From Raillietiella orientalis (Eukaryota): a DNA stretch of 64,000 nt. The position numbers and the translations under genes were made by a program. Under the pieces are notes generated by a model, which made no database searches, was not told the DNA's origin, and worked only from the letters and a program-made list of their open reading frames with translations. The DNA lies in the NCBI GenBank assembly GCA_036172245.1, contig JAYWIR010000089.1, forward strand, positions 186,001 through 250,000, given 5' to 3'. Positions 52,190 to 64,000 of this stretch are shown here, piece after piece. Positions within the stretch are counted from its first letter, which is position 1. Every line of letters begins with the position of its first letter.

Positions 52190-54082
52190 CGAAAATTCAC
52201 GTTATTTCCACACAAAAAGCGCGTACGGCGTGCCGCTGCTGAGCGGATTCAGGCGGGCGACTGCCTAAGTCCCCTGCTCTTTAGCAAATTCAACTGTGCC
52301 GAGAGCGTACAGGGAGCTTCCGGCTACCTGGCTGAGCTGGTGCCCTGGCACGTCGGATGTGTCTGCGCATTCTGACCATCAACTGTTTTTGCTGCCCATG
52401 TCTGATCTAAGCTCCGCAGTCGAGAAGTGTTTCGAATTACTGGACCGCACGACATAACTGAGGGTGAAGAAGGTGATGTCGGAAATAGTAGTCGTTGATG
52501 TAACGTCGCCAGGACGACCTGGCTGGATCCGTCAGGACATCCCCAGGGAGATGTACATGAAGATACTTGGCGTTCCTTCCGGGGATTTCTGCTCGTCGGA
52601 GGTTTGGTCATTCGCCTTCAGAAAGTGCTGTTAACTATCGGCTCGTTCCTCGAACGGAAGTCTTACTTGCCGGTACGGTCCGAGGTGTGGAACCTGTGTG
52701 AGACATTCCTCCTTCACCCCATGCTTTTTGTTTGTCCCATCCTGGTAGAGATTGAAGAGAGGAACAAGAACCTCCTGCGATTTGCCCCTTCTGTGCAAAG
52801 TGATGGCTTTGAGTCTCCTTAAAGTGCTTCTGCGCCCCGAGTCGGGATGGTGGTCTTGGCTTCCTCATGCTGCAGTGGATGGAAATTTATCTGCGATGGA
52901 GAACAATGGCCATCGCAGCGAAGTTGTAGAGCACCTCTTGGTGCGCCCAATCCGGACACCTCTCCAGCCGTGTATCCCGCACTCGAGGTCTTGCATCTTA
53001 TCTTTTACGTCGCGACAAGAAGATAAGAAGTTGCCGCCTTCTCTTTGAACGCATAGCCACCTTGGCTAAGGAGACAGGGTGGATGGTATGCAGCCTCGCC
53101 AACACCAGCGCATGGCTGCCAGAAACTTTTGGCAGGAGGGTGACCATAAATGAAAGGAACAACTATACTTGGAATAGCCTGCGTTTTGGACCCTATGCCC
53201 GCTGCAGTCTGCAGGAGATACTAAAGTGTCCGGCCAGAAGCACGAGGAGAGAGAAAACCCCCTAGGTGCGGCGCTACCCTTTCATAACAAGGGACTTATT
53301 TGCAGCCGCAGGCGAAGTTCGCAAGTCTCCTGGCTTATCTCAGGCAGAATTGAGATTGTACGCGGTCATGCCACAGGACAGCTGGCACACGCCAAAAGCC
53401 CATCCTTCTTTCCGCGAGGACTTCTGAAATGGTGCGAGCTGCTAGGCATCCCGACGGAAGACCCGATGTGGCCATCAATGTTGAGACACTCATCCAACTG
53501 TACTGTTGTTGTTGAACTGGGGCTTTCCCTGTAACGCACGCTACCTATTCTTGACGATGGAGAGTGTGAGATTGAACAGTGCAGTGTGAGGGGAAAAGGA
53601 ATCCCTGCTCCACCTTCTAGTGGACTGCTCTGCACTCCAGCCTTTGTAGGAGGTTTCTGCGTTGACCCTTCGGTGCCCGGTTCGCATGCTTGCCTTCTCT
53701 TTGTGCGGGACGCTTTTCAACCAACCTCTGCTCTGGCAACGCTATGTTAATTCTGATGGATTGTGGCGGCGTGAAGAGCAGCCAATAGGGGAATCAGGGA
53801 GAGAGCTACGGTATACTCTGTTCGCTACCTGCGAATTGCGACCAGATGGCCTCAACTTGGAGCTATGCTGAGGGATATCCAGGACATCTTGAGAATTGTG
53901 GTCCCTCCGCTCAGCGGGCAAAGATTTCTTCTCGACTCATCCAAGTGTTTTTTTTTTTTTCTGTTCTAGTTTTCTTTTTGTTCTTTCCTCCCTTCCTTCT
54001 CCGTTACCGGGGACAGTCGAGTCTCACTGCGCAATGGCTTTTCAGCATGCCCCAAGATCTATTAGCCCCAGCGGGCCCTGGT
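52190..54082 (+). mobile_element. Element I: decayed RT to 3' UTR; terminus continues at 56106-56173
   Basis: IQAGDCLSPLLFS, GPYARCSLQEILKCPARS, GLLKWCELLGIPTED; UTR split by H with cagcgggccctggt duplicated. Confidence 0.85.
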
Positions 54083-56105
54083 TTTTCACCCGGGTGGACC
54101 GGGGCTTTTATTATTAAAAATTTTTGCAAGTACAAAAAATTTCATAATAAAGTCTTGATTTTGTCGAATAGAGTTTTTTCTTTTTTGCTCTGTTTTTCAG
54201 TCGGAACACACGATCCGACTGTCTTGTGGCACTTGTCCTTACCGGCTCGTAAGCCGATTAGGTCCTCCACACTGACGAAGGGGCGGGAAAAACAAAAATA
54301 AAACAAAAAAAAACAAAACGCCTGGGAGAAGAGTTCTTTAGAAGGGGGGGAGGAAAGGGAGCAGATCACGTTACTCCGTGAGGAGGCGTCTGCATCCGGT
54401 TAAGCATGCGAACAAGTGCCGGCAAATGTTTTAGGAGTCGGCGCCAACGTCAGACCTTCTCCAAGGAGATGGTTGCCCAGTGGATAACATTCCGACTGGT
54501 ATGTCCTCTCCTTGACCCGGTCCACTAGTCCAGGATTCCGCGTATGCAACAGAGCACTGCTACACACCCGGAACCTGGCAAGGCGTCCTGCATCAGGAAG
54601 CTTCTAAATAATTTTTTCGGGTCGCCGACCGGAATGTTCAGGATCGACGACAGTCGGTCCCACCCCTCCCGGAGGACGAGCTGGGACCGAATGCCAACTC
54701 CAGCGCATGGCTGGAAGAAACAGTTGGAACGTGGGCAAAGATAAACAATATCAGTGAAGAATCCTGCAACGGCCTGCGTACCGGCATCTACACCCGCTGC
54801 ACGCTGCGGAACATGATCGTGTGTCCCGCCAGAAGCACATGGGCGGAGACGACCCCACTGGCTACGGTGCTACCCTTCCTACGGAGGGCGCTCCAAAATA
54901 TTCGGTAACCTAGATGGCAAGTCTCCTGCCGGATAGCGGGCAAAGAGAAGGATCTGACTGGGTGGACCATAAGGGAACTGGCTGACGCCGCGACCCCAAG
55001 AGTTCACCCGCATGGACTACGGAGATGGGGCGAGCTGCTTGGCATCCCGACGGATGACCTAGAGTGGCCCCCGTCGTTCATTGATTCATCAATCCTCCCC
55101 TAAAGTGGCAGGAAACGGCGCTGTTGTTGTTGCACTGGGGTCTTCCCTGCAACGCGCGCCGCCACCACTGGACGTGGGGGAATGTTGAACAGAACTGTGC
55201 AGTGTGCGGGGAGAAGGAATCCCTCCCCCATCTGTTAGTAAACTGCACTGCCCTCCGGCCCTTGTGGGAACGTTTTGCTACGAACCTTTCAATGCCGGTA
55301 GGCAGCACCCCCAGAGACGTTATGAGACTCTTCTTCGTGCGACACGCCCTGACAGCAGCCTCAGCCCTGGCAGCACTTTGCTGCCTCCGAGGGATTGTGG
55401 CCGCGTGGAGCGCAGCCAACAGAGGAAGCAGCGACAGGGATCCCATCGTACACGCTGGTCGATACCTGCGAATCGCGATCGGCTGGTCCCATCTGGGAAC
55501 AATGAAGAGGGATCTCGAGGGCATCCTCGAAAGGATGGTCTCTTTCTCCAGCGGGCTGTGATCCCTTCCCGGCCCTCCAAATAGTTTCTTTTCGTTTATT
55601 TCTTTTATTTTTCTTTTCGTTTTTACCCCCTATCCCCTCCGCTGCCGAGGAGTCAAGCCGGCCTGCGAGCCGGCTTCCCGGCAGGTCCAAAGAACTATTG
55701 GCCGTAGCGGGGCCTCGTACCGCGAAAACATAGTGTTTAGCAATAAACGCCCCGGCGTGACCGGGTGAAAACTCCCGGAGGGCAACACACTTTAGAATCA
55801 GGTGGGAGAAGGTCTCCCGTTCCCCGCACTCTGTGCAGCTGGCATCCACATTCCCCGATGTCCAGTGAGACAGGCGTGCTCTGCTTAGAAGTCCCCAATG
55901 AGGCAGAAGCAACGCCGTCTCCTGCCATTGCAGGGGAAGGGAGCCGTTATCCCAACCCGCTGGGGGCCACTTCACCCCCTCCGAAGGTATGTCGAGCTGC
56001 GCGTTCCAGCGTAAAAGTCCATTCGGCGGTACAAGGGGTGTACTAGCGTCCGCTAGTTCCCGAGACATCCACGCCTTTAACTGTTTTTTTCTGCCTCCGA
56101 TAAGG
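54083..56105 (-). mobile_element. Element H: short 5'-truncated LINE 3' end, interrupted by G
   Basis: CTECGERETFSHLILKCVALRE (55772-56105) continues as LREGWDRL at 54675; terminus at 54081-54112; 14-bp TSD 54069-54082 / 56106-56119. Confidence 0.9.
54676..55771 (+). mobile_element. Element G: 1.1 kb 5'-truncated E/F-subfamily insertion
   Basis: 55124..55561 differs by one residue from 30127..30564; TSD ctcccggagg at 54666-54675 / 55772-55781. Confidence 0.93.
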
Positions 56106-56173
56106 CAGCGGGCCCTGGTACCGCTATTGCGCAGGGAGTTTGAATAAACGCGCCGGCGTGACCGAGTGAAAAC
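56106..56173 (+). mobile_element. Element I 3' terminus
   Basis: AATAAAcgcgccggcgtgaccgagtgaaaac at 56143-56173. Confidence 0.85.
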
Positions 56174-56199
56174 GTTAGACGAGGCCACCATGGCACTCT

Positions 56200-57560
56200 A
56201 ACTGCACAGGCTGCAGGGAGGATCCCCTAACGATTGTCCCCATCTCTGTAGATTTTGTGGAGGAACCTGCTTCCACCACACCTATTTCAAGCGCAATTCC
56301 CTCTGAAAGTGCTACCATTTTATACCACCGATGCACAGCCAAATCACACGCAATAAAAAAAGGTCCTCAAGGACTCCCAGACGATGCCCGACAAAAAGAC
56401 TTCCGAACGCCAAGTTCCTATCTATGTTTTCTACTCAGCGTTTAGAACGGTTTGCTAACGCCATTATGATCCCGGAACAGACGTATGGTTTTTGCGGACA
56501 GACCAGGCAGGCTAATCTGTTCCTTGCATTCACCTGGATGGAGCACCAACAAGAAAGGGACTTGTGCGCAACAGGAATTCCGATGCGTATGTCGACGGAT
56601 GACGGGATGGTGAACAGGGGATGGAGCTTTTGCCGTCTCAGTCGATCTGCACAAAGCGTTCGAATGTGTGGACCAGGAACTCCTTCTGGATCTCCTGGAT
56701 TGCATGGACTTTCCGGCCTTATTATTGGCCCATCTGCGCTCATCAACGTTTCCTTCAGAGGGCAGACCGTACACGGCATGCCGCTACGGCGTGGGATACA
56801 GCAGAGACAGTCATAGACCCTTGCGCTTCATTGGCTTGGTGCTCAGAGCATACAGTAAGACTGGCGCATCTTCCGCACGATTGTGCCGGTACCCCTGCGG
56901 TTTAAGCATAAGCGGACGAACTGCTGCTGCTGCTCTTCCTGTCCGCCTCGGCTTCAGCGGTCAAGTGCTTGCTGAACCGTGTGACCAGACTACGGGTGAA
57001 CCGTGAGAAGTCGTCCATGATGCCAGTTGTTGCGGCGTGTGCAGGCTAGCAGGACTTTGTCCCTTTGAGGATGTTCAGGGCGCGTTCCTTAAAGTACCTC
57101 AGAATGTTTCTAGGGGACTATCGTTCTGCAGAACCGTAGTCCAGCTGCCTCCAGAAACCTGAGAAGGTTGTCGGTCAGTTTTTGGAAGGCGAGTTCCTGC
57201 AGGAACGGGACGCGGTTCGGAACGCGCTCACGGCTCCTCTCCTCCCATTGCCGCTATCCGGTACCCCTTAAACAGAAGATAAAAAAAAGGACGAAGGAAC
57301 TCCTCCGTATCGCCCATCGTGGCAACAGGTAAACCAGAGTCCTCTTGAAGGACTTATGCGCTCCGCTTCAGGACGGCGGTGCCTGCCTGCCGAAGTTGAT
57401 GCGCTCGGGGTTCAGCTGCATCTCCGAAAAATGGCCCTTGATCCGGTGTTGTAGTTAAGCTTCTGGTGCATCCCTGAACGCCTGCTTTTCATGACAGCCA
57501 CTGGCAAGATGGGACTCCCTTCTTTAAACTCCACCGCCGCAGCATCATCCGAAGTGAACT
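56200..57560 (+). pseudogene. Old decayed LINE RT region
   Basis: PEQTY, gtcgatctgcacaaagcgttcgaatgtgtggaccaggaac (VDLHKAFECVDQE), aaggacttatgcgctccg (KDLCAP). Confidence 0.8.
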
Positions 57561-59139
57561 GCAGCTACGAAGTATGGCTTCCTCGACACGAAGAAATCAA
57601 TGAATAATCACTTGTCGCCACGCGAGAGGTAGTGCCTGGCTGCAAGAAACGTTCCAGGCTCGTTCTAGGTTTCGCCAAAACAGGGATCGGAGTACTTTGG
57701 GCTGAAAGGCAAAACGCATTGGATAGGGGTGTAGACCTACCGGAACGGTTAGATGCGCGTATGTGGAATACCGAAGTTATCAAATTCGTAATTTCCTAGA
57801 GGGTGACCTGTGCACGTTACCAAGTGTCATTGGATGTAGATTGTGAAAGAAGAGCAGATTGCTCCGGAGAAGATGTTCGCACATCGCATGGCAGAGGAGT
57901 TAGTGGAGGCTGTCGGTGGACGGCGCTCGAGGTGATGAATGAGGCTATTTGCGAAGATTCGGGAAAGTTTGCGTTATCTAAGCATTGTAGTGGGATATCG
58001 TTTCTCGCATGTTCAAAATACGCTGAATGACATGCGCCTGCTTCCTCTTCAAGAAGTACAAACTCGGATAGTTTCTGAAACTATGAAGTGCCATGCACGA
58101 CTTGATTATGCTTCACGGGGAAACGTTGGAAGTAAGATCTAGAGGAATCTAACTTACTGGGAAATTTTCACTTTTTCAGAGGAGGGCGGAAGTTTTAATG
58201 CTAAAGTGGATTGAGGGACCTTATGGGAAGCAGGAGAATATTTCAGAAGGCCTGCAGTCAAGTTGCATTCATTACAAGAGTGAAAAGTAATTTTAAAGGT
58301 TGTTACATGTCTGCGTGAGGTATGGCGCTACAGGGTTCTGAAGAGATTGTAGCTTATTTCAGCTGAGGATGGAAACGTGCATCCTTCAATCGCACTTGAG
58401 CATGTTCGTGGGTGGAAACCACCTAAGTATAGACATCTGTCGGAGTCTAGCTAAGTATGCTTCGAATGCTCTTTCAAGCTTTCCATACTGAACGTGTCAT
58501 CAGACACACAAACGTATATCGGATAACAAGTAATTCGAAGACCTTAATAACTACTGCGAAATTTTTAGTATTACACACGCGATCGAGGGCGTTCTCGACA
58601 AGGTTAAAAAAGTATTCCGATTACGAGAGAGCGCATCAATTCTCCTGTATACACTAACAGTGTATAAGCGCATTACAGACACGGATTCTCGTGCTTAGCG
58701 AGCTGTGCAGATCTCGAAAAACATGTCACATCGACGATCCACGAAATTGGAAAATTTGTACAAATGCAATGCTATGGCAACCATTGTGGGTGATCGCACG
58801 TGTCGCTGAGAATCTTTTGTTTTGGCAACCATAAGACATTAAAAAATGTGAAGAAACCAAAGTCAATTGAATGGTAGCAGGATCTTCATAGGAGCAGGCA
58901 GAAACTCTGACCGTGGCCAACCAAAAGTTCTGGAGTTAAATAATGGAAGTTGTTATCGACCAGAGGACAATCAGTATATTGGCAACATTACCTAACGTGC
59001 CACACTAATTTTCCACATAGAAGTAGAGGGCGTCTAAAGCATTGGGATCCAACAAAAAACATCACAAGTGCTCAAAGAAAATTTTCCCATACCATTTGGA
59101 ATTGTGCACTCCGGAGATACGCTCAAACACGTCCTGATG

Positions 59140-60980
59140 TAGAGGCTGACGCCGGCCAGCCTTCGCAGCTCTTGTACAATTACTCTGTCTATACCGGTTC
59201 ATGTCGAAGGACTGCTTATTATTCCACACCACCTTCCACCCTGCTTCCAGTCTGGAGGATTTCTTGCAGCCGAACCGTCGAAGGGCTAGAGTAGCCGTAA
59301 ATAGGAGGAAGAGTGCGGTGGTTTCTAACGGTGCGGAGTAGGATGGGCAGTCCCACTGGTTCCGTCAGGGCATTTCGTCCACAGTTGGTTGTAATACACT
59401 TACGCTGTGCCTGATGACATTATTCCAATGCAAGTGTGATGAGACTTCCTTCGAAAGTCAGCAGGTGTCTCGGGCCCAGTCCAAGCTGGCGGTTTGCCCT
59501 GTCCAAGCATGCCTCTGGTTCGAACTTCTTTATAGCCCTTTCTTCACTCTGCTCGTTTTGCTTGCTCGCCCTCAAACTCCGTCAAAGTCCAAGCAGTTCT
59601 CCTGTTGGGTAAATCTTTTTGCGGACCAGCGACAATCCACCTCAAGAAATTCGGGTCTCCGCGTTTGGATACCAGTTCCAGGGTCACAACGTTGAAGTGG
59701 GACGTTGTTCATGCTCCGTTCTGCACTTTGTGCTGAACTTTGGACGAGATCGTGGTGCTCCCGTGCGCCCTGTACTGCGGTGCAGCACCGCAACCGAAGG
59801 AATTTTTTCATTACTTCCACACGCCGAAAGCGCCACGAGTAATTTTTGATTTCCTTTGAAGCTACTCTACGGACACGTGTGAGCTCACATTTGGATCTCC
59901 TGCTGCTCTACCTACTTCAACGCCTGGCGGCAGGAAGCCTTATATTCCTGGACAACGCTTCATATCCTGTCTCTGATCGATAGGAGTCACATGTACCATC
60001 TCCTTGATCCTACATTGGATGATTGGATGCGAAGCCAGTCGACCTATCGAGCGGCCACATTCCTCTTCGCTGCGTTGTCTTTCCGAAGGGCAAGAAAGGA
60101 TTGTAGCCTACCGGCAAGGTGGAAGGTTGCGTGCGCGATTGCAGGCGCAACCATACTCAAATGCTGCTGGGGGACGAGGGAGCCTGCAGACGGCGCCACG
60201 CTTGTCAATATTGCTAGAGGTCCGCTTCGGGGAATTCCTTTGTGTTGCTGGGGAAGAACTTGCGGTCTCAACTTCGTTCGCGATCACTTTAGTGCCCATC
60301 TTGCATAGGACACAGGACCTGCTCTTGCTAGTGTGCTGGAGCTTCCATCTCAAGTGCCGAAACAACCTGTCTGGCGAAATTCCTTCTGCGAATTGTGGAC
60401 GGCACGGAAAAGCTGAAAACCACCCGCAGCGATCTTGGACTGCGGTGTCCTACAAGGACTGTGGCGGAAGGTGAATGCAACGCTCTTTCACCAAAGGAAC
60501 ACCGCAAGGATATTAATGCTCTTCTTTTTCGCGTCAGGCGGCGTATCGTTAGGTGCAGTGATCGCAACGATCTCTTGCATGCTCACCATCCTCACCTGCT
60601 GCTGTCGGATGGAATCGTAGGCAGTTTAGCAAAAGGCCAACAGCTTAGACGACGAGAACATGACGATATCTGCCAGGTGGCTTCTTCTTCGAGAGGACGT
60701 TTGCATGCAGATATCCGACTTCCAACGTCCGTTTAGAACAAAGAAATGTCCTATGGCAAGGTTCCCTGTTCGCAACACCCCAATTCTTTTATTTCTATTT
60801 TTCATATACTCATTTGCTATCCCTTCCTGCCCGTTTTGCACTTTCAGTTTTTTCGATCTTCATATTAAGTCTCCCTTCTTTCCTTCTTTGGTACCCTTCG
60901 CAGGGAGCTCCTTTTGTGGGATAGTTTTCGAATATACGCTTCTGCACACCCAGCTGGAAAACAGCCGGAACCTCATTCAC
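59140..60980 (+). pseudogene. Very decayed B-family ORF2 3' half and UTR
   Basis: ttcaacgcctggcggcaggaagcctt, SLPARWKVACAIAG and GGVSLGAVIATISC match B. Confidence 0.7.
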
Positions 60981-63900
60981 TCTCTGCAATCAACATGAGG
61001 AACGCATTCCGATGGCGCCGTTAAGGGACCTTTCGATCGGCACTTGTGCGCATTCAGAATCGCATGCAGAGGACTAATCGAGGCGAACGGTGGTCGCTTT
61101 CCTTCCGTCCATTCCGACAAAAACGTCTCCCTCCCTTCTTGTCTTTCTTTAATTTCTTCTTGGTAGGGAAGAGGATTTACCCTTCCTCATCGCCAAGAGC
61201 AGGGATTTCACCGATCTGCGGGCCGGCAGTGGAAAATGCTTCCAAACAGCCGCAACCACGTGTTGCGTTTGAACATACTTTGAAGGGTATGTTATAAAAT
61301 TTGTATTCTGAAGATTTGAATGATAAATGACGCTGCGCATCCGCGCTTCATACTTCGAAGCGCAAATTTTTAATTTCCAGATTCATCGGACAGGAAAATC
61401 AATTAGGTGATGTTGGTTTGCGGCAACCTTCTGCTGCAGCAGAGTTTATTTGAGTAATGGTAATCGTTGTCATGAAGCTCTTTTCAAGCAGCAACGGAGG
61501 AATCTGCGCTAATTTTGCGTTTCTGCACCGCTACTAACATGTGGAAACCATGGGAATCTTTCCCAGGACTACCTGCCGGTCTTCATCTATATACTTCCGA
61601 TAAGCGCGGTCTGCAGAATACTTGGTGAAGCAACACTTGGAAGTTGCGTGGGTTGCGATCGTGGAGCACGTCAACCTTTTCTTTGTATTGGACTTTATAC
61701 GCCACAATAGCACGATGTTCTGAAATCTTGGCACCCCTGGGTTCTTCGATTATGCCATTCCTGAATTAGAAGTACGCAATAATGACTTTCCAGATGATCT
61801 CAATTGATGATCTGTATGGATCCCAAGTCCTCAATCACTCTTACATTGGTTCTCGTTGTCTTCCCCTCAGTCGTTTATCTTACTTGGTTTTTCCATAAAC
61901 AGTAACTAATGTAGAAGTTTGAAAATAAGGTGGCATTGCGGATGTGGGCACAACATTAGGAGTGATTCGAAACTTTCCTATCGGCATTCATGTTCTTCCT
62001 TTTTTGCCTGATTTGCAGCTGCTGTTTTGCTTATATCTGATTGAGATTTCAAAATATGTCTCTCTCATTTGTAAAGTCGGAAGAGCTCACGCTGCTTGCC
62101 AGGCAGGAACGTAACTCCAAGAGTGCAAGGCGTACGATGTTACAAGCGCCAAATTGAACAGACGCCGAGTTCTCTCGAATGTGGTTAACTCCCGTTTCTC
62201 CGTAACAGATGGAAAGAGAATGTTTTCGGGGAGTTGTCTCACAATAAATCTTCCACACTAAGCAACTACACAATCAAAAATGTGGTTGGCATCTGGTGAA
62301 ATCACGCATGTTTTGATTTTGGAATCTCCAATGGAAGTAAATCAACCATTTCGAGATGCCTGCATCTGTGGTTAGTTGCTTGCATTGCACGTGAAAATTG
62401 CTAAGCCAACGAATCTGCATGACATCTGTTGTGAGGACATTCTGTTTTCGTGTTTGGGGAGAAGTTTTCTTGTGCATTCGAGACCCCAGACAATGCTTGG
62501 AAAGAATGAGAAGGAAGATTTGCGTGATGAAACTTTTTTGGATGAGTTCAGCAATAATTTCCACCATCCCTTCTGCAGGTTTGATTGTAAGTCAACGCCC
62601 AAAGAGTGCTCATCGGATTCGGCGGATTGGTGCACCAGCCGACAACTTCGAGTGGACAGTCTGAATACTCGCTGTCAAAGAAAGGCGAAGAATCGACAAC
62701 ATCTCGAGTTTCGGAATATTCTGCCGGAGAGTAGCTGTTTACACTAGGTTGCCATCGAAATTGAAATGAACGAATGTACACTCTGAAAAACGGGAGGTGC
62801 TGCGTGTGGAGTGAAAAGCCACACGGTTTTCGAAACGCTGTCCAGTGAGACCATTCTAGTTCTACTTACTGGTGTGGGCTTCGCTTCCAGACCAATTGGG
62901 ATCCTTAGTTTCAGGTTGCATCCTTACTTGCTTTCCAATATCTCCTATTGTCTTTAATAGGATCCTCGATATGAAAACTATCAAGTAACATATGTTATGA
63001 AAACATTCTGTCCTACTTTGTCTTGCAAGTTCTCTTCTCAAGATACCTTTTGGGCACGCATGAACCAAGAAGATCGACGGGATCATTGTGCTTTTTCCAA
63101 TCATGTACTAAGTGACCTGCACTTTGCAAGACATTGTGGAATCATTTTTGTGTTGCAGTGAACGATTTGAATGGCTCCTAACAATCGTATCTTCCTTCTT
63201 GAAGAGCGACATCACTTTGAGCAACTTCCCGTGACTACTGCTGTCGTCTTGAGACCATTCGGATGTTTGCCAATGACCCTGGATGGAGTCATCTGTTGCT
63301 TTTTGTTCCATGTTCTTCTTTGGAGGACGAACCGTGCGGCGAGTTGTGGTAGACTAGCCAGATGCCATCTCTTCCGATATAGAGTGAGAGCAAATGGGAA
63401 TGTGAAAGCAGAAATACAGAATACTAAGGGAAAGGCACGACAGCGATCACAAGTACTTTGTTTTCAAATCGCCATAAACCAGGAATACATGCGGCAGACT
63501 TCCTTTATTGCACCCACTTTCTGATACGGTCACTTTGCAACACATTTTGCGCAGGTTGACACTACATGTCATGACCTCCCTAAGCAGAGCGGAGGCTTTC
63601 AGTAGCAGTAGGGACCCAACGTTGGCAAGGATGCAACCCACAGTTGCACTAACTTCACCCATAGGGAGGCCCCAGGGAGCGAACAGCCTGCTCGACATGT
63701 CTCACACGGCGCCATCCTAATGCAAAAGTGCAGTTGTCTCCTCCGAAGAACTTCTAGATGTTCCCTTCAATTCAAGAACAAATGCGAGGTCCAGATTTTA
63801 AAAATTCAACCCCTCCGGTAACTAAATGCCATCTCTCGTTCTACTGTGATCCCCAGAGGTGGAAAAAGGAGTAATGCATGCTTACAGGGGAGCAGGAGCA

Positions 63901-64000
63901 GTGAACTGTGCACACAGCGGGAAGGGGCTTGTAGTTCTCCAGCAGCAACAGACTTTCATTCGCTTCATCGTAAAAGTTGTGAGAAAAAAAGCACGCGCAG
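60383..64000 (+). repeat. Segmental duplication copy 2 (direct repeat of 1-3618)
   Basis: Starts cttctgcgaattgtggacgg as at position 1 and ends gcacgcgcag as at 3618. Confidence 0.97.

Noticed and set aside
55742..55772. Histone stem-loop, CRISPR repeat or known ribozyme
   Set aside because: No match to the histone consensus, no regular spacer array, and no hammerhead or HDV core that I could assemble by eye.

Overview
Eukaryotic, repeat-dominated window; the organism cannot be named from sequence alone and no host gene could be identified. About two thirds of it (~7-46 kb and ~51-61 kb) is a dense nest of L1/Tx1-like non-LTR retrotransposons from several related subfamilies (labelled A-M by me). 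ORF1 is gag-like with twin CCHC knuckles; ORF2 is APE endonuclease + YADD reverse transcriptase + C-terminal CCHC finger. One ORF2 is still uninterrupted (17094/17151-20696). Reading the junctions by hand shows: (i) elements end not in poly(A) but in a conserved AATAAA-hairpin-(G)AAAC terminus; (ii) a second CCGG-hexaloop-CCGG hairpin is shared by otherwise dissimilar 3' UTRs; (iii) almost every resolvable nested insertion is antisense to its host element, four with clear 10-14 bp TSDs; (iv) ORF1/ORF2 are coupled by overlapping TAATG/TGATG; (v) there is a ~3.9 kb inverted duplication and a scrambled element whose parts are exactly complementary. Positions 1-3618 recur at 60383-64000, suggesting a ~60.4 kb tandem segmental duplication. 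Identity values are by-eye estimates and some fragment boundaries are approximate.
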